Assembly (NCBI GenBank): GCA_963755915.1
Contig: CAVWLP010000002.1
Span: 928,001 to 992,000 of the forward strand
Source of the DNA: an uncultured Phycisphaerales bacterium
GTDB taxonomy: Bacteria > Planctomycetota > Phycisphaerae > Tepidisphaerales > Tepidisphaeraceae
Length of the DNA: 64,000 nucleotides
Direction: 5' to 3'
Positions 11,401-19,129 of the stretch are shown here, one piece after another; within the stretch, counting starts at the first letter, position 1, and every line of letters begins with the position of its first letter. The position numbers and the translations under genes were made by a program. Below the pieces are notes generated by a model, which saw only the letters and a list, made by a program, of their open reading frames with translations, was not told the origin of the DNA and searched no databases.

Positions 11401-12263
11401 CCCTGGGCGGAAAAATCCGAGCCGTTGAACACCCCGGTGTAATCAAAATCCCCCTCGTCCCAGCCGGTCACGCTCGCTCCGAAATTGCCCGTCATGGCGA
11501 AATCCGTCCCATTCACATTGCCGTCCAGGTTGGCGTCTCCCATCAGGGTGTACATGATCTCGATTTGCCCCGAAGCCAGCCCAGAAATCTTGCCGTCCGC
11601 CTCATCGGCATAACCGAGCGCATAATAGTGCCCGAACGTCGGCGTCTGCGCGGAAGATGAGATGATCCCCATCCCATTCCACCCGCCGCCGTTACGGCCC
11701 GAGATGAGATAGCTTCGGATCGTGGAAACCGAATCGCTCCCGCCCCCATTGCCGCCGTTCCCGTAATCGATGATCAATTTATTGTCCCCGACGTCGAGGA
11801 CGCCGCTGCCCGATATCGTCAGCGAATCGACGGTACTGGTTCGCGACCGATTCGTCGGCGAATCCGCCGATGAAAGCGTAAGCTGCCCCGCGATATCCAG
11901 CGACCCCTCATTCACCTCATCCACCGCCACCGAGACCCCCGCCGGAACGTAGATCGACCCGCTCCCGTCGATGTCCCCGGCGTCCAGAAGCACCCCGGCG
12001 ATCGCCTGAATGGAAGTCCCGGTCCCCGTCAATCCGCTGAGCAGCACCCGCGGCTCCAGCGCCTCCACAATCGCTTTGATCTGAAGATACCCCGCCCTGC
12101 GACGCCCCCCGCCCAAACACCCCTGCCCAAACGCCTGCCACAATCCCACCGCGCGGCCCGGCCGCGATTTCCTTCCCTCATATACCCACCTTTCCTTCCA
12201 GAATTGGCCAGCAACAATAACCAAATGTAGCCGGACAACGCAAAAAGGAAGGGCTAAACACAC
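8484..12263 (-). CDS. Large secreted planctomycete surface protein (LEPRxLL motif, dockerin-like, PKD/Ig-like and FN3-like domains); start uncertain
   Basis: VEALEPRVLLS; GDANLDGNVNGTDF..GDFDYTG..NGSDF; IDWGD..HVY...GTY; LSPSTAYYF. Confidence 0.85.
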   Translation of the reverse strand: MCLALPFCVVRLHLVIVAGQFWKERWVYEGRKSRPGRAVGLWQAFGQGCLGGGRRRAGYLQIKAIVEALEPRVLLSGLTGTGTSIQAIAGVLLDAGDIDGSGSIYVPAGVSVAVDEVNEGSLDIAGQLTLSSADSPTNRSRTSTVDSLTISGSGVLDVGDNKLIIDYGNGGNGGGSDSVSTIRSYLISGRNGGGWNGMGIISSSAQTPTFGHYYALGYADEADGKISGLASGQIEIMYTLMGDANLDGNVNGTDFAMTGNFGASVTGWDEGDFDYTGVFNGSDFSAQGANFGLGSVVWPAGSYTVPPQYVATFTDAANTPLSDLTASIDWGDSSTPTTGAIVSDGNGTFHVLANHVYGQTGTYQVTTTITDSSSNSTTEVESTAVVSPAALTATPLDAYDIQVLWPALPILNSGETLLISTDPNFQTNVTTENLSAGVTDFVASNLSPSTAYYFELLPAGTGMPAVGFTSAATDPSDGNGGTEGPTAPAITQAATSSQPTNTTLSLTMTAVSGNDPIDYSWQLISGPGGPAPEFTNSEQTTDVILSAAGNYDFRCTATDGDTGLSVGSDVSVDVNQVATSVSVSPELATIAVGGFLQYSAVQNDQFGDPMLSQPTFTWTTALPNTITSGELSDPDGPGIENVYAWGGNLVGVATFVAEGNYTPNTVARIGSNQNLYFSPPAYDMSFEVDTISSVSGEIEIYQGGEFSTELSVVPGEQVDLSQYPDITEIRADTSTPVPFIDNLTWAPELLSITLGNDTEDQVLQGSSSGTMDMVPLNLVVPGGPVDGSGTLPDGTQITLSTSAPNEVDVWNSDDPQSVDTPLLGGSGQTSSVTWTVGTDTIPSTLWVGATQGSASLGDIVFTLAIMAPGSSTPVTQASTQPATAVKVQIIAENDPNNAGIQGNDIAGQTNNWMVGQMVELQAQVQGPAAWLNNLKYNWSVPGNTLMEWNQSGSTASNVPLQANFATNNTGTQDQSIQFFWLTTGGDFGSATNQQIGIRVTLGNGTVASQSTTFKVYSPTASIVSAAPYFGAFQVDVPTSQIDAVDVTPHATFISDIFQSVSVQQPSVFAQAGNWSYLQMVKANDEEDHWSDGFNPYQTWASSVNGQWVLDSPSGSFPYNPPPTSPIWDDAALAPVANAMLSTGASIYDWTDNGSSSYALPIPGTTLSANEIVRNDLYSLYIMYQPVGANSQWIPLGVLQWSASFDAKDGAGPTGGWGFVGAAPTITAPIGWAAPTGEPVYATNYQSAPWQLTYIAGSGT

Positions 12264-12529
12264 AACCCCAACTAAACCATCACAAACAGGCTCGGAAGCC
12301 CTCCCCCGCCCAAAGCTCCCCTAGTGTGTGCCAATGAATACAGCGCGAAAGTGATATCATTGATATCATTGATATCACGAAAAGTGCCTACCCAACCCGC
12401 CCAGATACCCCATCTTACTGCGGGCTGTAAACTTTTGCACTCGATGCACCCGCGCCCAAATTTTATCCCCCTTTCACACTTTCAAACCTTCACACCTTCT
12501 CACCGCTTTTTCCGCCGCAACCCAGAAGC

Positions 12530-12973
12530 TCACTTCGACGATTTCGGAGATTTCTGTTTGGGCGTGGGCAATGACTCTATATCGCGGACCTGGTTCATGA
12601 GCTCCGGCTTGCCGAGGTGGTCGGCACAGAAGCGGGCGATGGCTTTCAGGCCGTTGGCATACCAGTGCAGCAGCCGGGGGCTGGCGCGGATTTCGGGGGG
12701 GACCTTCGACCAGATCAAGCCCTGGTTGAAGATGGAATTCTCGTGCTGCCGGCAGAGCTGGCAGAGCTTCTGGCTGTCGCCGGTGGCGGCGGCGTCGAAG
12801 AGCTGTTTGCGGAGGACCTCGGGAGTGAGCGGCGGATCGTTGACCTTGGGGATGCGCAGCTCGATGAGGACGGGGTCGTCGTGGGCGGGCGATTTGCCGG
12901 GCGACTTAGTGGGGCCGCGCTGCGGGGTGCGTTTTTTGAGGAAGCCGAATAGTCCCATGATATCGATTGCCAT
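12530..12973 (-). CDS. Hypothetical protein (likely start MGLFGFLKK)
   Basis: 147-aa ORF with host-like codon use, co-oriented with the upstream cluster. Confidence 0.6.
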   Translation of the reverse strand: MAIDIMGLFGFLKKRTPQRGPTKSPGKSPAHDDPVLIELRIPKVNDPPLTPEVLRKQLFDAAATGDSQKLCQLCRQHENSIFNQGLIWSKVPPEIRASPRLLHWYANGLKAIARFCADHLGKPELMNQVRDIESLPTPKQKSPKSSK

Positions 12974-13024
12974 TAACTTGCGATAAACACCGTGGTTTGG
13001 GGTTCTATCGGTATCAATGCCGGA

Positions 13025-13870
13025 TCAGGTCCATTGAAGCTCCAATTGCGAAAAAGCGGGCCGTTCGTGGGCCGATAACCATTCGGTGGCCCGGTCCTGC
13101 TCGGCGAGAACGAGCCGCTCGGCGATGCGCGGATCGGATGAAAAGAGTTCGCGAACTAAATTCGGGCAATTGCACTGCCGGCTGCGGTGGAGCAGGACAA
13201 TGTGTTTGGGGAGAATTCTTTTTCGCTGGTGCGAGTGGTCGAGGATTTTCTGGACGATTTCGAGGGCCTGCTGATTGGAGAGATGTCCGCGGCCGCCCAT
13301 GATGCGGCGTTTGAGGAACCAGGGGCGATCGCTGGCAAGCTGCATGTCGGGGTCGTAATTGCTCTCGATGGCCAGCAGATCGACGCCGCAGAAGGTGCGG
13401 ATAAGGTGCTCGCTGACGCGGCCAAGATCGGTGGCGTAGCCGACGCGGGAATTCTGGGATTCGATGAGGAAACCGTGGGAGCCCAGCTCGTCGTGATCGA
13501 GGGGGATGGGGGTGAGATTGAGGCCTTCGATTGGGGCGAAGGGGTGACCGTTAAAAGTTTTTATGAGGTGCGAAAATTCTGCTCCCTTTCCGCTGAGATT
13601 CGCGAGCTCTTGGGCGCGGGACTGGTGGCAATAGACAGCGATGCCGGCTTGAATGATGCGGCGGAGCCAGGATTGGGAGAAATGATCGGAGTCGAGATGG
13701 GTGAGGCAGATGGCGGAAATATTTTCGACGGTGAGGTCGAGATTTTTCATGCGGGATGCGGCGGTTCGGGGGCCGATGCCGCAATCGATGAGGATCGCGC
13801 CGGAGGGGGAGCGGAGGACGGAGCAGTTTCCAGAGGAGCCGCTGGCGAGAATTGAGAGGGAGAGGGACAT
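13025..13870 (-). CDS. MBL-fold metallo-hydrolase (YycJ/WalJ-like)
   Basis: LASGSSGN, LIDCG, THLDSDH, ATDLG, IESNYD, GHLSN. Confidence 0.9.
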   Translation of the reverse strand: MSLSLSILASGSSGNCSVLRSPSGAILIDCGIGPRTAASRMKNLDLTVENISAICLTHLDSDHFSQSWLRRIIQAGIAVYCHQSRAQELANLSGKGAEFSHLIKTFNGHPFAPIEGLNLTPIPLDHDELGSHGFLIESQNSRVGYATDLGRVSEHLIRTFCGVDLLAIESNYDPDMQLASDRPWFLKRRIMGGRGHLSNQQALEIVQKILDHSHQRKRILPKHIVLLHRSRQCNCPNLVRELFSSDPRIAERLVLAEQDRATEWLSAHERPAFSQLELQWT

Positions 13871-13882
13871 CCGTGTCCTGTG

Positions 13883-14116
13883 TTAGGCGCTTTTTCGCTC
13901 GAATCCCCTGATTTCGACTTCCACACCGGAACCAATCGCTTTCTCCGCATCGAGGAGCAAGCGCCGTGTTATCTTCTCGGAAATGTATTGTTCACCGCAG
14001 TTGTCACAGACGTCGGCAGGAACGGACTTATAGACAAGCGTTGCGCCCTCTCGCTCCAGCGTTACGGTAACGCGTGCGCGCCTGGTATTGCCGTGTTTGC
14101 AGATTGTGCACTTCAT
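13883..14116 (-). CDS. YgiT-type zinc finger (MqsA-like putative antitoxin)
   Basis: MKCTICKHG...VPADVCDNCGEQY. Confidence 0.85.
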   Translation of the reverse strand: MKCTICKHGNTRRARVTVTLEREGATLVYKSVPADVCDNCGEQYISEKITRRLLLDAEKAIGSGVEVEIRGFERKSA

Positions 14117-14403
14117 CTTCGTTTTCTACGATGCCGAAATGTTTTATCCCATTGTCTCGGGTCCGGCCAGTATACAGTTATGATAACCGTCGCCCGGGCT
14201 GAAATATCGTCGGTTGCCACAACGTGTAGCGGGCGGCCGTTTGGAAATCCTAAAACAAGATAGCTTGGCCAAGGCACATCGTCCGGATTCACTTTGATAA
14301 TCTTACCTTTTTCCAACGCCTGACGCACATGCGCGGTTGAGATTCCGCGTTGAAACATTCGTCGAACAGCATGGGCGCAATAAATGAGTTTCGCATAACG
14401 CAT
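14113..14403 (-). CDS. DUF4258 protein (putative RelE-like toxin)
   Basis: HAVRRMFQRGI..PSYLVLG..RPLHVV..IITVY.P; ATGA overlap with the zinc-finger gene. Confidence 0.85.
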   Translation of the reverse strand: MRYAKLIYCAHAVRRMFQRGISTAHVRQALEKGKIIKVNPDDVPWPSYLVLGFPNGRPLHVVATDDISARATVIITVYWPDPRQWDKTFRHRRKRR

Positions 14404-14435
14404 GGGCTTGCGCCGGCCAGGGATGGTCTACGCAT

Positions 14436-16391
14436 CTAAACCGCCGCAACGATGGATTTGAACCCGAGCTGGAGGTAATCCAGAACATCCTGCGGCTCGC
14501 GGCCGGATTTGGGGATGTTGTGGACGTAGAGGGCTTTCAGTTTTATTGAAGCGCCCACGGCGGCGATTTGCTCGGCGAGCTCGCTGTCGAGGCCGCCGGT
14601 GTAGTTGTCTTCGACGGTAATGATTCGTCCGCCGGATTTTGAGGCGATGTCAAGGATGCCGGTGTCTTTGAGGGGCAGGCCATAGGCGTCGATGACACCG
14701 GCTTTTTTGCCGGATTTGGCGAGCTCATCGGCGGCTTTGAGACATTCGTGGACCATATAGCCGGCGGAGACAAAGACCAGGTCTTTGCCTTCGCGGAGGA
14801 CCTTGTAGCCGCCGACCTCGAAGGTGTCCTCGGGCTTGTAGAGGGCCTTGGTGTCGGCGCGGAGGGCGCGCTGGTAGCAGGCGCCGTCGATGTTGGCCAT
14901 CAGCTCGGTGATGCGGTAGCAACTGACGGCGTCGGCCGGGAAGAAATAGGACATGGCCGGTTTGCCGTTGTAATTCTTGGTATGGCAGAAGCTGCGGAAG
15001 AAGGCGACGTCTGGGAGGGACATCTGGCTGGGCCCGTCGGCGGCGAGGGTGACGCCGGCGTGGGTGCCGGTGATCTTGAGGTTGGCGCCGGAGATGATGG
15101 CCATTTCAACCTGGTCGTAAGCGCGGACGACGAACTTCGCGAAGGTCGAGCAGAAGGGGATTTTGCCCCCGGCGCTGGCGCCGGCGGCGACGGAGATCAT
15201 GTTCTGCTCGGCGATTTTGCACTCCAGATATTGGGCGGGGAATTTCTTGGCGAACCATTCGGCGTGCGTTGAATTTTTGACGTCGGCGTCGAGGCCGACA
15301 ACGCGCTTGTCGGCTTCGCCGAGGGCGACCAGTGCCGCGCCATACGCCTTGCGCGGGGCGATGAGTTTGCCGGCGGCGAGGTCCTTATCCATCCCCACGG
15401 CCGCGAGGCCGTCGGCGTAGGATTTGATCTTGATCGGTTTTTTCTCGCGCGGGGGGGCCTTGGTGGTGATGTCGGCGGGCTTAAGCTCGCCGTCGAGTTT
15501 GTAGTCAGCGACGCCGAGGTCTTTGGCGGTGCGATCGAGCTCGCCGAAGATCGTGGTGAGCTTGTCCTTTTTCACGGGCGTGCCGTGCTTGCCCATGCCC
15601 TGCTCGTCGGGCGCGCCCCAGCCCTTGATGGTTCGGGCGACGATGGCGAGAGGGCGATTGCCGTTTTGGACAACCAAGATTTCGCTGAGCGCCTGGTCGA
15701 TTCCACCGGGGTCGTGGCCGTTGACCGTGCGGACGATGAAGCCGAAGGCGTGCAGCTTGTCGGCGAGGCCCTGGTAGCTCTGCTGGGGCGATACATAGTC
15801 GCTCTGGGCAAGTTCGTTGCAGTTGAAGATGGGGACGACGTTGGTGAGTGCGTGATCGGCGATGAAGTCGGCAGCTTCCCAGTTCTGGCCTTCGCGGGAT
15901 TCACCGTCGCCGATGATGCAATAGAAATTCCGATCGATCTTGTCCATGCGTGCGGCGGCGGCGAGACCGGCGGCGACGGAAAGCCCCTGGCCGAGGCTGC
16001 CGGTGGCGGCGTCGAAGAAGGGGACGCCGAGCATCGGATTGGGGTGGCCGTCGATGGAGCTGTCGATGGCGCGGAGGCTCATGGCGTCTTCGCGGGTCAT
16101 GGGTCGGGCCGATTCGCGGCCTTTGCCGAGGGGGATGAACATCGCACCCAGGTCGGCCAGGGCGGCGTAGATGATGGGGACGGCATGGCCCTCGGAAAGA
16201 ACCAGGCGGTCGCTGCCGGGGTTCCACGGGTCCTTGGGGTCCCAGCGCATGCGGTGGTACATCAGGACAGTGACGATGTGGGCAAGGGAGAGGGCGGTCG
16301 AGGGATGGCCGCTGCCGGCGGCGGTGGTGATATCAACAGAAAGTTTGCCGATATCGATTGCTTTTCGATTGACTGCCAGATCGAGGGACAT
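14436..16391 (-). CDS. tkt: Transketolase
   Basis: SGHP, LSEGHA, TGSLGQG, GDGESREG..N (TPP motif), IAEQNM, DGPSQM. Confidence 0.92.
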   Translation of the reverse strand: MSLDLAVNRKAIDIGKLSVDITTAAGSGHPSTALSLAHIVTVLMYHRMRWDPKDPWNPGSDRLVLSEGHAVPIIYAALADLGAMFIPLGKGRESARPMTREDAMSLRAIDSSIDGHPNPMLGVPFFDAATGSLGQGLSVAAGLAAAARMDKIDRNFYCIIGDGESREGQNWEAADFIADHALTNVVPIFNCNELAQSDYVSPQQSYQGLADKLHAFGFIVRTVNGHDPGGIDQALSEILVVQNGNRPLAIVARTIKGWGAPDEQGMGKHGTPVKKDKLTTIFGELDRTAKDLGVADYKLDGELKPADITTKAPPREKKPIKIKSYADGLAAVGMDKDLAAGKLIAPRKAYGAALVALGEADKRVVGLDADVKNSTHAEWFAKKFPAQYLECKIAEQNMISVAAGASAGGKIPFCSTFAKFVVRAYDQVEMAIISGANLKITGTHAGVTLAADGPSQMSLPDVAFFRSFCHTKNYNGKPAMSYFFPADAVSCYRITELMANIDGACYQRALRADTKALYKPEDTFEVGGYKVLREGKDLVFVSAGYMVHECLKAADELAKSGKKAGVIDAYGLPLKDTGILDIASKSGGRIITVEDNYTGGLDSELAEQIAAVGASIKLKALYVHNIPKSGREPQDVLDYLQLGFKSIVAAV

Positions 16392-16490
16392 AAGAGGCCT
16401 CCATGAAAGGAAACGCCGAGAATACTGCGGGGCGGATTGGGACGCAATTCGGACAACCTGCGCAGCGGTTATAGAGGATAAGCGTGGTGG

Positions 16491-16676
16491 TCAGACATTC
16501 GGGGAAAGTGCGGAGAGGATTTTGGGGATATCCAGGGGCCCTTCGATGGAGACGAAGGGGCGCGGGTCGCTCAGGCGGGAGAATTTTAGGGAAATGTGAA
16601 GGGCGTCGCTGGCAGGGGAATCGAAGAGGCGGGCGAAATCGGGGGCAAAGGCGGACGGAAGGTTTCGCCTCCACAA
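16491..16676 (-). repeat. Duplicate of the 3' end of the 18476-19129 gene (att-like direct repeat; 99-bp core 16504-16602 = 18489-18587 with 1 mismatch)
   Basis: Both copies encode HISLKFSRLSDPRPFVSIEGPLDIPKILSALSPNV*. Confidence 0.9.
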
Positions 16677-16963
16677 ATATCATGTGTAGACATTAATTGC
16701 TGTCGGCTCTCGATCCGATTGCTGTGCCCCAATTTTCAATCAGGGGAATTCGTCTAATTTTTAAACTTTCTTTATTTTCGACAATTGTATCTCCGTTTGC
16801 GACTTTTTGGCCGTTAAAAGCTTGATTCTGCGTTCAGGCAGGTTATTTTCGGGGCATTCAAGATTTGAACGAGGCGGTTCCTTCTTAGGTGGTTTCGCTG
16901 CCGTTGTAGGGGATTCGGAACGCCGTGGCACGGAGGGGTCGCCCGCAACTCGGGAGGTGGAAT

Positions 16964-18463
16964 ATGCAATCGGTGAAGAATCGCAAGAGAGTATTGCCGG
17001 CATTGACGATGGCGGCGGCTTCGGCATTCGCCATTAAGTCGGCTAGCGCCGCTTCGCTGAGCGTCTACTACGGCGACACCGCCGGGACAACCAGCGCAAA
17101 TTCCGACGGAATCTATGTGAATGCCGGCGGCGAGCCGTCGACCGCAAACACCGCCATTGGCGGTCTGAGTGGCGGGACGACGATAATGATAAAGCCAAAT
17201 CAGAGCACTCCGACGACAATTTCACTTGCGCCGGGGGGCTACCTCTCGATCTCAATCAATGCGCTGCTCACCGGCGACACAAATCCAGACGGCGGTTTGG
17301 CTGAGGCGACCCCTTCAGGCACTGCCGTCGAGCCAAATAATTTGGGCTTGACTGCTTTAGGGATTCGTGTCCCCGTATCCGCCAACGATGCCAATGGCTC
17401 TATTCTGCAGCCGGTGGCCAACGGCCCTTCGTACACCACGTTCAACGGTACACCTGGCTATAAAAGCTATGCCGTGGTCAACCAGAGTACCACCGCGCCA
17501 GGTGGATCGGAGGTACCGGATTACGATACGAGTTCCCCGGGTGACGTGGAACAAAATAGCGGCAGTGTCGGTGCCAACGTCCAGATCTTCGGCGGTGACA
17601 ACGATCTTGCTCAAAACCCACGTACAGGGATTTCTGCGATCCAAACGCTCTCGGCGAGCACGGCCACCTACAGCAATTCAACCGAATTCTTCCGAAACCT
17701 GATCTATCAGGCGGGTAATCCCGGCATCGTGACCCTTTCACCCTTCGTTGACACAACCGCGACCGGGTACTGGTCAGTATCGACGCCCGCTTCTAATGAG
17801 GTAAGGGGTGTTTACCGATCTCCTACGAAATATCAGTTCACCTATTTTGGAGCCAATGACACTGTCGGAACGCTTCCGGTCCTGGTCATCGATGTGGGAG
17901 AGGCACAACCCGCACATACAATCGTGACGCTCGGATCCTCTGCCCCTACTCCGGCGTATGGAACATCCTCGGGCACCCTGACAGTGACCGGTGGCAATGG
18001 CACATACAACTTCGCTCAGATCAGCGGCTTGAGCGATGTAACCAATTATGTTGAAGCCTCCGGCTGGAACCCGTCGGCAGAGCAAGAGGTTTATGGGTTG
18101 GACGTTCTGGTCAACGGAAACCAGGCGAATTCTGCCCAGCTCGCCACGCTGATCAATGCGATCGACGGCGATAATACCGCTCCGAATTCGGCCACGGGTT
18201 CGCCTGGCCTGACTGCCAGTCAGACCAACCCGGGCGGATTCCCGAGCCAATACGATTTGTTCCTCACATTCGCCGGCGGCAGTTCCGAGTTGAACAGCAC
18301 GGACTATCTCGGCATTGACCTGAGCAGTTCCAATGACTCCAACCTGGTTGGGTACAGCTTTTCGGCAGTTGCGATTGTTCCCGAGCCGCTGAGCGTCGGT
18401 CTTTTGGCGGTCGGCAGCGTGGGGCTTCTGGCTCGTCGTAACCGACGCAGACGCTACACCTGA
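16964..18463 (+). CDS. PEP-CTERM exosortase-sorted surface protein
   Basis: GGAGGTG RBS; signal peptide; Ser/Thr/Gly/Asn-rich; ends VPEPLSVGLLAVGSVGLLARRNRRRR; lower GC than flanks. Confidence 0.92.
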   Translation: MQSVKNRKRVLPALTMAAASAFAIKSASAASLSVYYGDTAGTTSANSDGIYVNAGGEPSTANTAIGGLSGGTTIMIKPNQSTPTTISLAPGGYLSISINALLTGDTNPDGGLAEATPSGTAVEPNNLGLTALGIRVPVSANDANGSILQPVANGPSYTTFNGTPGYKSYAVVNQSTTAPGGSEVPDYDTSSPGDVEQNSGSVGANVQIFGGDNDLAQNPRTGISAIQTLSASTATYSNSTEFFRNLIYQAGNPGIVTLSPFVDTTATGYWSVSTPASNEVRGVYRSPTKYQFTYFGANDTVGTLPVLVIDVGEAQPAHTIVTLGSSAPTPAYGTSSGTLTVTGGNGTYNFAQISGLSDVTNYVEASGWNPSAEQEVYGLDVLVNGNQANSAQLATLINAIDGDNTAPNSATGSPGLTASQTNPGGFPSQYDLFLTFAGGSSELNSTDYLGIDLSSSNDSNLVGYSFSAVAIVPEPLSVGLLAVGSVGLLARRNRRRRYT

Positions 18464-18475
18464 AGTGAGAATGCT

Positions 18476-19129
18476 CTAAACATTTGGAGAAAGTGCGGAG
18501 AGGATTTTGGGGATATCCAGGGGCCCTTCGATCGAGACGAAGGGGCGCGGGTCGCTCAGGCGGGAGAATTTTAGGGAAATGTGAAGGCCGGGCTCGAAGT
18601 GCAGATCGGCGCAGGCGGGGGAATCGAAGAGGCGGGCGAGGTCGTCGGTGGCAATCTGGCCATTGACCTGGGCGCGGCCGAGACGGGCGAATTGGGCGAT
18701 GGAGGAGGTGAAGCCGATGCCCTCCCCGTCCTGCCTGAATTCGGCGGAGATCTGCTCGGCAGTGGTGACGAAAGCGCCGGACTGCCAGGTGAGCTTGCCG
18801 TTTTCGACGCGGATGGTTTCGGCTGGGAAGCTGCCGGAGGGGGGCGCGGAGGAATTGGGGCGGGGGATTTTCGAATCGAGGAAGAGCTCGGGCGATTCGA
18901 TCAGCATTTCTTTGATGACGATCTGGCCGCGCAGGGCCCTGGCGATGGCGATTTTCGCGGTGATGCGCTGGATGGTGAGAATCGGTCGGCCGGGGGTGGG
19001 ACCGGCGACGGTCATGTTTTCGGCAATCAGCGCACCGGCATGGGGAGAGACCTTGAGCTTCCGGAAGCGCACCTCGGAGCCGAGGAGTTCGGAGAGCTTG
19101 GCTTCGATTTTGGGGAGAAGAAAGTTCAT
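18476..19129 (-). CDS. Hypothetical protein with AsmA-like N-terminal region
   Basis: IEAKLSELLGSEV..LRGQIVIKEMLIESPEL pattern; overlaps the helicase stop. Confidence 0.6.
   Translation of the reverse strand: MNFLLPKIEAKLSELLGSEVRFRKLKVSPHAGALIAENMTVAGPTPGRPILTIQRITAKIAIARALRGQIVIKEMLIESPELFLDSKIPRPNSSAPPSGSFPAETIRVENGKLTWQSGAFVTTAEQISAEFRQDGEGIGFTSSIAQFARLGRAQVNGQIATDDLARLFDSPACADLHFEPGLHISLKFSRLSDPRPFVSIEGPLDIPKILSALSPNV

Noticed and set aside
16925-16941. Sigma-54 promoter (TGGCACG) before the PEP-CTERM gene; a similar TGGCACG lies near 55176
   Set aside because: No GC at the required GG-N10-GC spacing in either case
16491-18650. DGR template/variable repeat pair
   Set aside because: No reverse transcriptase in the window; differences are synonymous and not adenine-specific
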